The notes under the pieces were generated by a model, which was not told the DNA's origin, searched no databases, and saw only the letters and a program-made list of their open reading frames with translations. 64,000 nucleotides of DNA, from NCBI GenBank assembly GCA_964019335.1, contig OZ025709.1:1-64000 (forward strand), written 5' to 3'. Source of the stretch: Diplonema japonicum. Its lineage: Eukaryota; Protista; Euglenozoa: Diplonemea. This document shows positions 10,048 to 22,145 of this stretch, piece after piece (the first letter of the stretch is position 1; every line of letters begins with the position of its first letter). Both the position numbers and the translations under genes were made by a program.

Positions 10048-11598
10048 CTAGTTGCCGATCTTCACGCACTCGGGTGCGTAGTGGCAAACAGACAGGCACC
10101 TGGCCCACCACTGGTTCTGCTGGTAGCACGACAGCCCAGCCTCGCAGCAGTTAGGGTCCGAGAGGCACCCACCCCATGCACCGATCCTGCGGGCACAGCT
10201 GGCGTCCGAGGTGGGGACCGGTGTGGAGGCAGCGGGCTGAGGAGTGGGAGCGGGGGTAGGCATCGGAGTAGGGGCAGGGGTGCGAACAGTTGTATCAGGC
10301 TGAGGGGTAGGCATCGGAGTGGGGGCAGTTGTGGGCACCGGGGTGGAGGCGACGGTGGTGGGCACAGGGGTCGGCATCGGAGTTGGCATCGGGGTGGAGT
10401 CAGGAGGGTTGTTCCCGTGGCTGCACCCCCTGGAAGGAGCGACGGTGGCGGAGACTGCCTGGGACCAGGCCCCGTTCCCGTCGTGGGCGGCAACCCAGAA
10501 GAAGGCCCCCCCGTTGCAGGCGTACTCCTTGTTCAGGTCCTCCATCACGCTGATGGCTTGCTGCGCGTTGCTGTTGGAGCCGGTTCCCCCGCAGTCGCTG
10601 ATGCAGAAGCCGAAGACCACCTTCGTGGGGTCGTTCCCGAAGCAGTCCGTCACAAGAGTCTTGTAGTGCGCCAGGGCGGACTCGTGTACCCCGCCGTTGA
10701 TACCGTCCGAGTTGGGGCGCGTCACCCCGTTGTAGTACTGCGGCATGATGAAGTCCATGGAGCTCGCCACCTCCTTGATGACGCTGTAGTAGCCGGTCCC
10801 CTGCTTCATGTCGATGTCCATCGGGGCGTGCGAGACCTCGCTCCCGGAGGGGAGGCTCTGCCTCAGCCCGACCGTCACGTCCCTCAGGAACTTCTGCGCC
10901 TGCGCCCCCTTCGAGAAGGAGGACCCCCTCTGCCCGTTCTCGTAGTAGTACTCGTAGTCGATGTCCACCCCGTCGAAGTTCTGGTCCCTCGCGATCTCCA
11001 CCAGCTGCTGGATCACGAAGTCTTCCTTCCCGTAGCAGTACTCCCAGCAGTCGTCCAGCCCGTCCCAAGAGCCCCCCATCCCGGCGCCCCCGAAGGACAG
11101 GATCACCTTCTTCCCCGCTGCCCTCCATTTCTGCACGAGCGCCGGCTGCGGGGCGTTTCCACACACCGGCACGGGCGACGAGATCTGGCACTGCTGGTTG
11201 CAGGTGTTCTTCCCGGGGTTCCACGTGTAGGTCACCGCGAACGACACGAGCACGTGCGTGTAGGCGTTCATCTGCGCATCCGTGGGGCACGCCTGCCAGT
11301 TCCCGACGTAGGCGATCATCCTGCTGTCCTCCTCCGCCTGCGCCGACGGTCCGGGCGGAGGGGTCGGGGGCGTCGGCGTCGGAGGGGGCGCCGGCACCGT
11401 GCCCCCCATCGACGGGCACCACGTCGCCTGGTTCGACGTGCACACGCCCGCGCTGCCCCCGCCAGGGTAGCACGGCTCTGCCCACCCGGATTTGTAGCAA
11501 GGTTCGTTCCTGTTGATGCAGCGTTGGCAGTCCGCCACTGACTGCCCTGCCGCCCCTGCCGCAAGCAGCATCAACCCAAGCATCTTTAGTGTCGTCAT
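10048..11598 (-). CDS. Secreted GH18 chitinase with Pro/Thr linkers and a C-terminal CBM1-like Cys module
   Basis: Signal peptide, ILSFGG, catalytic FDGVDIDYE (DxxDxDxE), PTPMPT repeats, C..G..C...NQWWARCL. Confidence 0.92.
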   Translation of the reverse strand: MTTLKMLGLMLLAAGAAGQSVADCQRCINRNEPCYKSGWAEPCYPGGGSAGVCTSNQATWCPSMGGTVPAPPPTPTPPTPPPGPSAQAEEDSRMIAYVGNWQACPTDAQMNAYTHVLVSFAVTYTWNPGKNTCNQQCQISSPVPVCGNAPQPALVQKWRAAGKKVILSFGGAGMGGSWDGLDDCWEYCYGKEDFVIQQLVEIARDQNFDGVDIDYEYYYENGQRGSSFSKGAQAQKFLRDVTVGLRQSLPSGSEVSHAPMDIDMKQGTGYYSVIKEVASSMDFIMPQYYNGVTRPNSDGINGGVHESALAHYKTLVTDCFGNDPTKVVFGFCISDCGGTGSNSNAQQAISVMEDLNKEYACNGGAFFWVAAHDGNGAWSQAVSATVAPSRGCSHGNNPPDSTPMPTPMPTPVPTTVASTPVPTTAPTPMPTPQPDTTVRTPAPTPMPTPAPTPQPAASTPVPTSDASCARRIGAWGGCLSDPNCCEAGLSCYQQNQWWARCLSVCHYAPECVKIGN

Positions 11599-11902
11599 TC
11601 TTTTTTTTTTTTTTGTGTTGCAGTAAACAAAACTGTTTTATCATTTATATCTTCTTCTTTTCACAATTGTTGGATAATACATGTGTGCGTGTGTGCTTCC
11701 AGGCTACTGTCTATCACAAAATAAGGTACATGGCAAATCTCAGAAGGTATGTTCAACCTGCTTCATACCAAAGTGGTGCTTACAAATGTTTAGTGGGCCT
11801 TGTACGTCTCAATTTTGTGGTCAATATGAGTGGAGGATAAACAAAGATTGGCAGCATGAATAAATGAACATAAATGTCTAACTCTAAGCATCTAGGTGTG
11901 CG

Positions 11903-14203
11903 TCACTTGACAGTCGCCTTCAGGTCGTGAAGCGTTGCAAGCAAACGTGCTTCGACCTGCTGTTGGACCTTTGTGAATTCACCAAGTGCATCGCTGTCGC
12001 GCTTGAAGCATGCATCTGGCTCTTGGTAGTGTGCGTTGTTGTGAAGAGGGGCAAAGGGCTGTTTGGCTGGCTTCCGCACTGGTGCCTCAGTTGGCGCCCA
12101 ACTCGGTGGCTGCGTTGTAGCCTCCTCCCGTTCCCATGCCTGTTCGCGCTCTTGTTCTCTCTTCTTCGCCCTCTCTCTTTCCATTGCCTCTTTCATCTCC
12201 ATTTCCATTTCCCTTTCCACTTCCCTCTCCCTCTCAAAAGTCCTTTTTCTCTCCCTTTCTCTCTCTTGTTCTCTTTCTCTCTCCTGTTCCCTTTCTTGCT
12301 CCCGCTGCACATGCACAGGCGGTTGTGGAGGTGGTCTCGATGCAACTTTTGAATACACAATGTGCCCCGCGCCTTGCTCCGCCTGTAATGCATTGCAACA
12401 TTTTACAAGCGTACCTTTTGTGGGCTTTTTATCAAAGCTTTCACTGTCTTTTCCTTGATTCTCATAATCTGAGTCTCCTCTTCTTTGCGAAGTCGGTCGT
12501 TGTCCTAAATGAGTGTTTTGTCATACTTTTGTGTGCTGCATACCATTTTTAAAGCGTCCCGCTGCTCGGCAAGGATTTCGTTCACCTCTTTAGTCTTGCT
12601 GAGCTGTTGCGTCAGCTTGTCGAAAGCCTCTTTGTTTTTGTTGTTCTCTTGCTGTGGTTGTCATTTTTTGAACATTTAAACCGACGTACTTTTAGTCGTG
12701 CATAAGCCTCATTGGTGTGATGCAGGTCATCTCGCATAGACTCTGCTCTCTCAGCCAGACCGGTGTTCAATGATGATTCTTGTTGCAGACGCACGATCAT
12801 CGTCTGGTTTTCATTGATGGTGGCATGCAAGCCATCGATGTGCTGCTGGAGGTCCTGCCCGTGTGCCTTTTCCCGCTGCAGCTTCTTCTGCATCGCCGCC
12901 ATCTCTGCCTGCAGCTGCCGCACTGTGTTGTGCATCAGCGACACCTCACCCGACGCTTGCTCCTTGTGTGTCACGAGGAACTTCATTTTATCTTTAAGAT
13001 CCGAGCATTTCCTCTCCTCATTCGCCACCTTGTCACTCAAAGCAACCGTTTTATCGCGCAATTGTGCCTTCCCCCTCTGCAGGGCCTCCGTAGATCTGAT
13101 TCCCTGCTTAAGCAAAGTCATCAGCTCCTGCTCACCTTTCTTTTCCGCGTTTTGTAAAGCAGCTAAAGCTACTTGTTGCGAACCGAGTTGCACAGCTGCT
13201 CTGTCACATGACTGCCCGACGGACACCATTTCTTGCAACACTGTGTTGAGTTCTCCCTTGAACTGGCACATTCTCATATCCATCTCCTCGCACGACGTGA
13301 TATAGTCCTGCCTGCACTTCAGCAATTCCAGCGCAAGAGAATGCGCCGCCTCGCGGCTATCATCGACCTGTACGTGTGTTGCCTTGTGTGTGGGGTACTT
13401 ACCTGCCGCTGCAGGTTGCTGACTGCAGTAACGTTGTCTCGAGCCCCATCGTCACGATTGCGTCGGAGATCATCATTGAGCTTCTCTTCCGCTCTGAGGC
13501 GCTCCTTGAGAGAGCCGACGGTCTGGTCACTTTGCGCCAGACGCGCGCCAGTGCTGCTCACAGCTTCCTCCAAATCTAAAATCTTCATGTGCACATTGTG
13601 CAATATGGTCTCGAGTCGCTCGTCGACAGAAGGGCCCCGTTTGCCCTGCTCTTCCTTGATGGCACCATACTTCAGCAACGTGTCACCGCACTGCTCCTCT
13701 AAGCCTTTCAAGGTTTTCAGGATATTCTGCTGGTCGATCCTCAGGCTGTCCCTGTCACGCGTGGCTTCATGCAACTGTGCTGCCATGCTTTCGACGGTGG
13801 TGCTCATCTCGGCTTGTTTAGTGTCCCTCTGGCTGAGGCTGGACTCGAGCCCCTCTAGTAGAACATTTTTCTCCTGTATCTGGTATAGCAGGTTGTAGTT
13901 CAGCTGCTTTAGGTTCGTCTCGACCTCCGCCTTCTCGGACTTCATCTCATGCAGCTCTGCCTCTGCAGCCTCCTTCTCCGTCCGCAGCTTGCTGTTCTTG
14001 TCGCGCAAATCAGCATTCTCATCGTTGAGCGAGTTCAACAGCTGCCGTGTCTCCGTCAGCAGCGCTTCTCGAGACGCAGTACTTGCTTGCTCCGCAAGGT
14101 GCGCCCGCTCTGCACTGTGCAGCTTCTGCAGAAGCGATGTATTCAGATCTATCTGAGCGTTGAGGTGCCGCCCACTGCCATCCTCCATGAACACATTGCT
14201 CAT
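11903..14203 (-). CDS. Long coiled-coil hypothetical protein, 5 exons
   Basis: ORFs join in frame through GT-AG introns 13368-13402, 12652-12689, 12505-12543 and 12383-12414. Start codon uncertain. Confidence 0.8.
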
Positions 14204-14335
14204 GCTCCTGTTGTGTATTATTGCGAGCGTTTTAATGTTGAAGTCAACGGGGGAAAAAAAAGGCAAGTACTACTCAGTTAAGCTACAAAGACTATTTTGC
14301 GAAAACAGGGCTCTTTCAATCCGCCAAGCACACAC

Positions 14336-15214
14336 TTATGGGGAGGTGTTCGAGGCAAGTTGCTGTGCACGGGAAGGTGTATGAGGGGAAACCTGGGATG
14401 GGACGGGCTTTCTGCACATCAACACGGAAGTCATTAAAATAATGAGAACGGATATGATAAGAGAGAGCACTACAATACCGGTGGTGCCGGTACCCACGCA
14501 GCCCATGCCACCAATGCAAGTGTCGCAATCTTCGAACTCAGGTGACCAGGACACCTGTCGCCATTCGGGTTTGACGATGGGGCTGCCGAACTCGCTGATG
14601 ATGAACTTCGTGTAGAAGGATTTTTTGTACTCGCCTGGCTTGAGCATGGCGTGCACGTCCCTCATGTAGAATGTTGTGTTCATTTTGAAAGTGTTTATGA
14701 TCGTGTGGTCCACTGTGGGTGGTTTACTTTATTTATTCATTTTCAACATACGTGTCTCACCGACGATGGGGACAGTAACGATACCCCTCTCGCCCTCGCG
14801 CAAAGTAGCGTTTGAAGCGTATGTCACAGTCTCGTTATTGGCATCCTTGATCACGTATGCGTTACGCACAGTCACCAGCCTCTGGCATGGGTAAAATTGG
14901 TAGCTCTCGGAAAGTGTCTGGTCTCCGAAGTCTATGTGGTTGACAGTGCAGCTGATTGATGTGAACATGCAGTCCTTGGAGTACCTCACGTTGTAGAAGT
15001 TGTTGGTGTAGTTCACACGATCGGCATCGGGGTCGATCCTCTTGATGAAGCTGTTGCACGTGTCCACCAACATCAACGCCACTTCGCACGGGCAGTTCGG
15101 TTTCATATAGGGACATATCTGATCCCGCTGCTTCTGTTCATCTACAGGATGAGCTGATTCTTGAGCGCCAACAAACATCACGCACAGACACAGCAAGGCA
15201 AAGAACTTCATCAT
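14336..15214 (-). CDS. Single-pass type I membrane protein with Cys-rich ectodomain, 2 exons
   Basis: Signal peptide MMKFFALLCLCVMFVGA; intron 14713-14751 joins GETL-DHT; C-terminal TM GIVVLSLIISVLIILMTSVLM. Confidence 0.8.
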
Positions 15215-15418
15215 TTGAATCGTGCTGCAATAATTTAAAATAGAAATTGAATTACGAAGGCGATGGGGGGGGGGGGGGAATATAAAAGGACAGGGATGGA
15301 AAAAAAACACTAAAAAAGGAGGGGAGGGGGGGGAATGATGTTCTAAAAAAGAATTTTGATGGGAGAGAAGTGTCCAACGACCCACCAAAAAGAAAAGGGG
15401 GGAAGGAGAAAAGGTTTT

Positions 15419-15880
15419 CTATTTGGCACCCTGCATAAGCTTCATCTCCTCAATGAACTGCGTGTAGATCCTGTTGAAGTCGGACTCGGCCTCGGTCAAG
15501 CTCTTCGTCAGCTGATCGTCAAGCGCCAGGGCCTTCTTCACCTCCTCTTCGCACATGTTCTGCTTGTCCTGCTGCTCCTTGATCAGTTCTTCTTTGGGCC
15601 TCATCACGAACATACGTCCTGTCTCAATGTACCATTCCCCCACCCCTCATACCTACGCTCTTGTACACTTTCACATCCGGCTTCACCGCATTCAACTCTG
15701 CCTCTGTCAGCTGCGACCTAAGCAAAATTCTCCTTATTTTATTTTTTCAAACCTTCTCCCTTCCTTGTTGAAAGCATCAGCCTTCGACCTCGCCGTGTTC
15801 ACCTTTTGCTTCAAGAGCTGCACCCTTTGCTCAGCCTCGACAACCTGCTTTTGTCTTTCCTTCAGTTCTTGCTGGGACAT
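15419..15880 (-). CDS. PFDN1: Prefoldin subunit 1 (beta type), 3 exons
   Basis: After removing introns 15718-15752 and 15619-15652 the protein reads RRSQLTEAEL..VKVYKSVGRMFV between two coiled coils. Confidence 0.82.
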
Positions 15881-16177
15881 CTTTTTTTTTTCTTTTTATA
15901 TTTTTCAGGAAAGAGTCCTTAAACAGTTGATAACCTTTTTCTTGGCAAAGACAATAGATAGCAAAAAGGAAAAAAAAAAAAAAGTGCAGTCCGTCGCTGA
16001 CCTCCAAGAATAGCACAGTACACAAGACGCGGTATAGTTCGACTTCCCAGATGCCACAATAGGGAAAGGGAGATTACAACCTAAAACCTATAAATAACAG
16101 AAACTACAAAGCAAAAAAAAAAAAAAAATTGAACTTCTAAGAAATGGGATAAGAAATAAAAAAAAAGATTAAATCAT

Positions 16178-16387
16178 TCAGTGTTCAGCCAACAAAGTCT
16201 CCTTTTCCGCCCTGGAAAGCATGTCCCACTCCCTCGAAGCAGCTTGCTCTATCAGACGCTGGGGGACCTCTTTCTCTGGGGATTTGCTCGCGCTCTGTTT
16301 GTATTGCAAGCGCAGTGCGTTTGCTATGCGCTCCTTTTGTGCTTCGGTGTAGCCCGCCTTCGCCTTCTTAGTCTTGCCTTCTGCCAT
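16178..16387 (-). CDS. Small basic protein, HMG-box-like
   Basis: 69 aa; ASREWDMLSRAEK resembles the HMG W..LS..EK motif; GC-rich island with ATG after an A-rich leader. Confidence 0.55.
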   Translation of the reverse strand: MAEGKTKKAKAGYTEAQKERIANALRLQYKQSASKSPEKEVPQRLIEQAASREWDMLSRAEKETLLAEH

Positions 16388-16963
16388 TTTATTATTTTCG
16401 TTTTGTCTGCAAGGAAGAAGAAAAAGCGTTTCATTTTACAAAATTACGTACAAATCTTATAATAAAGGAAATGGTGAACTAGGTACCATAAAACTGTAGT
16501 AAAAGGACGCGTGAAATCAGGTGGGATTAGAAAATGGAGGGGGTAGTGGCTATTTACTCTGGTGGTTGTCTGGGATGCAATAGGCAAGTTTAAAAAAAAA
16601 AAGAAAAAAGAGAAAGAAAGAAAGATCTACGTATGGTCTGTCTTTGGGTCCTTCTTTTTTCTTTTTTTTTTTTCCTCTCCCTTTTTTTTCTTTTCTATTT
16701 CCTTTTTCTTTTCCCTGCTCTTATTCCTACCCTTATTAACGCACGATAGAAAAAAATATCTAAATTCTTTTTTTTAAAAAAGAAAAAGCCACAAAGATAC
16801 ACACATCAAGACAAATAAAGGGTGACATTGCTTTTTTTTTTTTTTTCCTTCTTCTTCTCACAAGTCTGCTGTGTGCAGTTTCTCGGAAATAACAAGAGAA
16901 AAAAAAAAAGAGAAAAAAAAAGTTTCGTCTTCCCTTTCATTACTTTTTTTCACTACTTCTTCT

Positions 16964-16996
<33 letters not shown>

Positions 16997-17032
16997 GTTT
17001 TCTTTTTTTACCTTATTTCCAAATTACATTAA

Positions 17033-17396
17033 CCGGGTTTTAGACTTATTATGTACCGTAAAAGATCCTTTTTTTTGTCCGCTTTGTCGCCTCTACCATC
17101 GCTGGTTTTGCTACCTGCGAAGGGCAGACTCTGGTATATGCGCATGCGACAATAAGCACATGTGCTGATCGACCTGCTTCGCAAACCCGATAAAGAGGTG
17201 GATATACCTGTTGTCCTGCATACGGTCAGAAGTTTAAAGGGGGAAAATGGTAAACAAGTAGAAATACACGTCGGGGCCATGCAATATGTGTGCAAACTAT
17301 GATAGAAAACAAAGTGGTTAGCAACGGCCCACCACAGTGGCGTGCCTACCTTATGATGCTCCCCTTTTGGGGTCTCAATAATAAGTCCGAATCCGG
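17033..17396. mobile_element. Degenerate MITE-like element
   Basis: Imperfect inverted ends CCGGGTTTTAGACTTATTAT / ATAATAAGTCCGAATCCGG, resembling the TIR at 31600. Confidence 0.4.
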
Positions 17397-17544
17397 GTTG
17401 CCAAAAGACCACAAAAAATAAAAAGAAAACAAAAAAAAAAAAAAAAAAAAAAAAAAAAGACAATAGAAGAAAAGAAAAATACCGTATTAACCCATAAAGG
17501 ACCGCTGTTTTTTTTTTTTTTTTTTTTTTTTTTTTTGGCCTTAA

Positions 17545-19445
17545 CCATTAAACCCACATGTCATATATATATGACATAAAAAAAAAAAAGAAAAAATCTA
17601 TAGGCCTTTTGTCAAATTATGACCTTTCTTTCACTTTTCTGACGCCATTGCGCGATTTTTTCCACTTTGTTTGGCTAAATGCTGCCCTTTTTCAGCATTA
17701 TTTTAAGAATTTGAGAGGTCGAAAATCCGGGGGAAAATGATTTTAGAATGAAGAATACTCGACTAGCAGAGGGCTGGTCGTGAGTGATGGAGAATGCGAA
17801 GAAATGTCAGAAAATGGTAGTTCTGAGTCTAGTAGTGCTTGGGGGGAGGAAAGTGTGGAAGAAAAATGGGGTGGAAAGAGGCAGTGTAATCGAACCAGCA
17901 GACGACCCAACAGGGAAGAGCCCTCTCCAGCTTTTTTATTCGTTTTTTACACCATACACCCTCCGATGCCTGACAGCATTCACAAACAACCACCTGGAGC
18001 GCCGCAAAATCGACAAAAGAGTCACGGAAGCCGAAATCCGAGCGTTTCTGGGCCTATGGGTGCTAATGGACCTCACCATCCGTCCCAACTTCCGTGACTA
18101 CTGCAAAACCGATCCTGACTCCATTATGCATACTCAGGGGTTTGCGCGCGTCATGTCCGGAAACCGGTGAGCTGTTCTTTGGAAACATATATCTGTGCAA
18201 GGGCCCATCCCGGGACCTGATCGAGATGAGATCAGCCCGGCATGACAAACTCTACAAGGCCCGCTGGCTGGTTGAAGCTGCGATGCAGCGTTGGGGAAAG
18301 GCCTCCCGGACTATCAAGGAACGGGCAGGTGATGAAAAGGGGAGAGTACCGTGTGTTCCAACGAAACAGGCCCGGCATGCACTTTTCTTTTGTGGCAGGG
18401 AGGAAAGCTTGTGCTTCTCCTGAGCGCACCCCCTTTCAAGCCAAAGATGACCGCCACTCGTCAAAGATGGGTCGGCAAGGCAAAGAAAAAGTCCAGAGTC
18501 GCCTTTCCCATTCCAAAGGTCGTTGAAACCTACACCTCCCTTATGGGGGGTGTAGATGGGAACGACGCTGCCACCCAACGCAACACAAAGTAGTCCAAAG
18601 CCGCCGGTGGCAGATGAAAATATTAAGGTTCCTGCTTGACAAAAGCCTCTTCAACTGCTGGGTACTTGCGAAGAGCTCAATTCCCCCATCAAGTTCAATG
18701 AACTGGAAGAATGCATCGCACACGGCCTCTGTAAATGCATGGGCAAAGAACCTGCACCATCGAGACCACAAGACTTGAAGGATGAAAGGTTTGACAGCAT
18801 CAAAGGGCATTTTCCTGCAAAGATTAGCATAATAGGTGCGTAGTCCATCATTGCATGGGTCCCAGAAGGTCCTCTGAACGTTCCACCTGTGGCAAGTGCC
18901 TCTATTCCACACCTTGCTTTTGGCTTTACCACCTGAACGAAGACATCACCGAGGATGATCTTCAGGAGCCCGAAACACCGACAAGTACCAGAAACTCACT
19001 GATGGACCCCCGGACCCCCTCCACTGGCCAGAGAGGTGTGAAACGCAAGCTGTTACAAGGGGTTTTTAGTGCATTTTATTATTACTGTAAAACAAAAATC
19101 CACCGGAAGATAAAATATCCGGACCGCCGAAACATCCGGTGATTTTTTCTTCCGGACATTTTATCTTCCGGACAATTTTTCTTCCGGACATTTTATCTTC
19201 CGGTGATTTTTGTTTTACAGTATTTATTTTGCACTTTTTCCTACTCCTCTTCCCCCCCTTACCAAAAGGGTGTTGGGTCAAAAATCATAAGTTCAAAAGC
19301 CAGTTCAGGGGAACCCTGATACCTGAATGTCTCCAGAGGTCATTTCTCCATAAAAAGAACACTTTGTATGGTTAAATGCTGCCATTTTTTTGAATTCTTT
19401 GGAATCGCCTCAAAAATGGGCTTTTCGGTTTTGTGGGCTTAATGG
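17545..19445 (+). mobile_element. Defective piggyBac transposon (internally deleted, frameshifted transposase)
   Basis: TTAA TSDs at 17541-17544 and 19446-19449; TIR CCATTAA(A/G)CCCACA; transposase fragments EIRAFLGL..RDY..MSGNR, DKLYK, PKVVETYTSLMGGVD and C-terminal CGKCL..PCF..YH. Confidence 0.9.
19085..19220. mobile_element. 136-bp TA-flanked palindromic MITE inside the piggyBac
   Basis: TA-CTGTAAAACAAAAATC(C)ACCGGAAGATAAAAT...ATTTTATCTTCCGGTGATTTTTGTTTTACAG-TA, with internal TTCCGGACA repeats. Confidence 0.8.
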
Positions 19446-19742
19446 TTAAAAAAAAAAAAGGAGGTTTTGGACATTTGGCAAAACGGCGAGGGGTATTATT
19501 TCTACTACCCAGCCCCGGGGCGCGTCAAGGAACGATTATTCAGCGCGCAGGGTGCACTGCTTCATCATGACATGACAATCAATGAATTTTCATCAATCAT
19601 GTATGTGCATCCTTGTTTCCCTTAAACCTTGTGCATCGCCTCGTGTGTGAAACCGTTCCGGTCCTTTATGGGTTTATTCTTAAAAAAAAAGGTTCTTTTT
19701 TGAAGAAGACTTTCGGATTTCTTAGAAAATTCTGATAAATCG

Positions 19743-22000
19743 CTACAGCGTGCTGTGAACCAAAGGAGAGGGGGCAGGGAGCAGGGGCGACGTAACCGAG
19801 GTGCCTTGCAAGGGCGAGATTGAAGAGGAAGGGCCTCTGTTGCTGCGGTCAGGGGTGTGCTCTTGGAAGAGCGTGTTCAGCGAGATCTTGGACAACACGC
19901 TTGTTGTTGCAGTGGTGTTAATCGTGCTCTGGGTATAGGCACAGTGCTTATCACTCTGCGGGATAGGGGCTGGCCGAGTATGAGCCAGCGCGGCCTGAAG
20001 CACCTTAAGATTTTCGTGAGGGAAGTGATCGTTTACCATCTTGTGGGACACGATCAGTTCCTGCAGCTCGTCAAATGTCCGCCACACTGCAGTGTAATCC
20101 CACTTTTTCCGTCTCAGCACCTTGCTCTTCCGCACCTCCTCCCCGTCATCGTCCCTCAAGAAGTGCAGCACCCTTCCTAGCGGGTACATGTTCAACCGCG
20201 TCTCGTTCTCATCTTCCAGCACTCTCTTGTAGTGCGACTCGTATGCCTCGCGTCCTTCCCACGTCGGTGGCTCGCCGCTATCAATGTACTCCCCACACCC
20301 ACACGTCCCTAGCACATGGTGCTTGCACACATACGCATGCTTCGACAGGCACCGCATGATGTCGTCGCGTGCCTTCTGGATCGTCACCTGATTTTTGGTT
20401 TGGTTTGGGTTGGCACGTTTTATACCTCGCTCAGCCGTGGGATGATGTCCTTACCAAACACAACAGAGATCACGTAATCTCTGCAAACGTGCGCAAGAGC
20501 AGCGTCTCCCAAGCCACCAGGGGGCGAGAATGCATAGCACTTCAAAGTGGGATACTCCTCGCGCAGCATAACAGCCATCAAAGACGCAGTGCCTGCACCC
20601 AACGAGTGCCCCGTCAGCACCAGCTCGTACTGCCTGTTCGAGAGGTATTTCTCAAACACACCAGACGACCTCAGGTCCTCAATTATATTCTCCGCGACCA
20701 AGCATATCCCCTTGTGCGCCTGCCCAAGGATGTTGCCCTCTCCGTTCATGACGGGACGTTCTGCCGCTCTTGCGTCGGTGATGATGTCCTCCAAAGACAA
20801 GGTACCACGCAGTGCCACCACAAGCACGCCCTTCGTGTTGTCAAGCAACACTGAGTAAGGCGTGAAGCTGTCATCGTTGCGTGTGCTCGTTCGAACTATC
20901 TCCAACCCTGGCGACAGGGCGTGCTGCACTGTGGAGCTGCACTTGCAGTACGTTGCGTCCGAAGATAAGTATTTTCTAGCAAAGCACCTGGTCTTGCACA
21001 GCCCAAAGCACCCTTTGATACATCCTGAGTCAAGTATGTACATAGGCCACCCATAAGCAGCTAGCGAGACAGCCATGTATCCATGCAGCTCTTGGAAGAG
21101 GCTGTAAGTGTCACCGTGCTCGGCAGGCCCGTTGGGGTAGATGCTCTGGCAGGCGATGATGTCGTCAGTGTTGACCGACTGGCTCATTGTACTGTGCCTG
21201 TTGCTCACAAGGCGGGTGCCAGCAATCTTAGCGCTGCCGCCTTGTGGAAACTGGATACTGGGCTGTTCCGCCTCTGTGTTGAAGAGAGCTTTCTGTTCCC
21301 TGCGGAGAAGCACGAGGCCCACTAAGATGTCAGAAGGCACGAGGTCTGTATTCCTGAACATGTTGGCAAAGAGATCGGCTATTTCCTGGAAGGCCTCGTT
21401 CTGAACGGACACACAGCAGCAGGTCTTCTTTATGCGCTTGACCCACCTCTGGCGGTACTCGTCGCGGTAGCGTTCCGCGAAGCCGCGCTTGAAGGTCCGC
21501 CTGCCATTGGGGTCCCATGCCATGTAGCCCAGCATGAAGAAGGCGAGGGTGGTGACCCACTCGGAGGCAATCAGTCCGTCAAAAACAATTTGCTGGATTT
21601 TCTTGATATGCGTGATACCCTCACACTCGTTTCCCGTCCCTGTTGCCACGACCACCGACCCATAGATGGTCCACGCTAAGGTAACAATGCTCAGCGAGCA
21701 GCGGAAGCTAAGGATGGTGGCGATGTGGCGGCGTGCTGATGGCGTCAAGACCCCGCCCTTTCTCGATTCCCTTGCGAGGAATAGCTCTTCAATCCCAAAC
21801 AACGCGCACAGAACGCCCGCTCCCGCGAGATACACCTCCTGCGCTAAGGCCCCCTTGCACTCCCCATCTGCCCACCCTGCTAACAAAACACCTATCACGC
21901 AAACCCAAAATATTTTAATCCCCGCCATCACCAGCGGCAGCAAGATAAAGTCATCGCTCCCTACGTACCACCGCCTGCGGAGGAACGTCAGGGCTGGCAT
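19743..22000 (-). CDS. sn-1 diacylglycerol lipase-like protein (N-terminal TM helices plus class 3 lipase), 2 exons
   Basis: Four N-terminal hydrophobic helices, PSDILVGL, RGTLS, AHKG, GHSLG nucleophile motif, PPGG, DIIPRL, final DHFP; intron 20388-20425. Confidence 0.88.
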
Positions 22001-22145
22001 CCTGTGCCTGTTAGCGTGAATGAAGAAAAAAGAAGAAAAAAAGAGACATTTACGAAAGAAAAAGAAAGAGACAAAAAAAGCAAACTGGGAAACTCAAGCA
22101 ACGCAAACGGAATAACTAAACAACGCAATGTGAAAGTGGAAACCT

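Larger units (their letters stand above)
17491..19672. mobile_element. Non-autonomous piggyBac-type MITE (outer element, ~280 bp without the nested insert)
   Basis: Perfect 14-bp TIR CCCATAAAGGACCG (17491-17504 / 19659-19672); flanked by TTAA on the left and TTTA on the right. Confidence 0.75.

Noticed and set aside
10081-11644. Long ORFs 10081..11541 (+) and 10400..11644 (-)
   Set aside because: Antisense and alternative-frame shadows of the GC3-rich chitinase.
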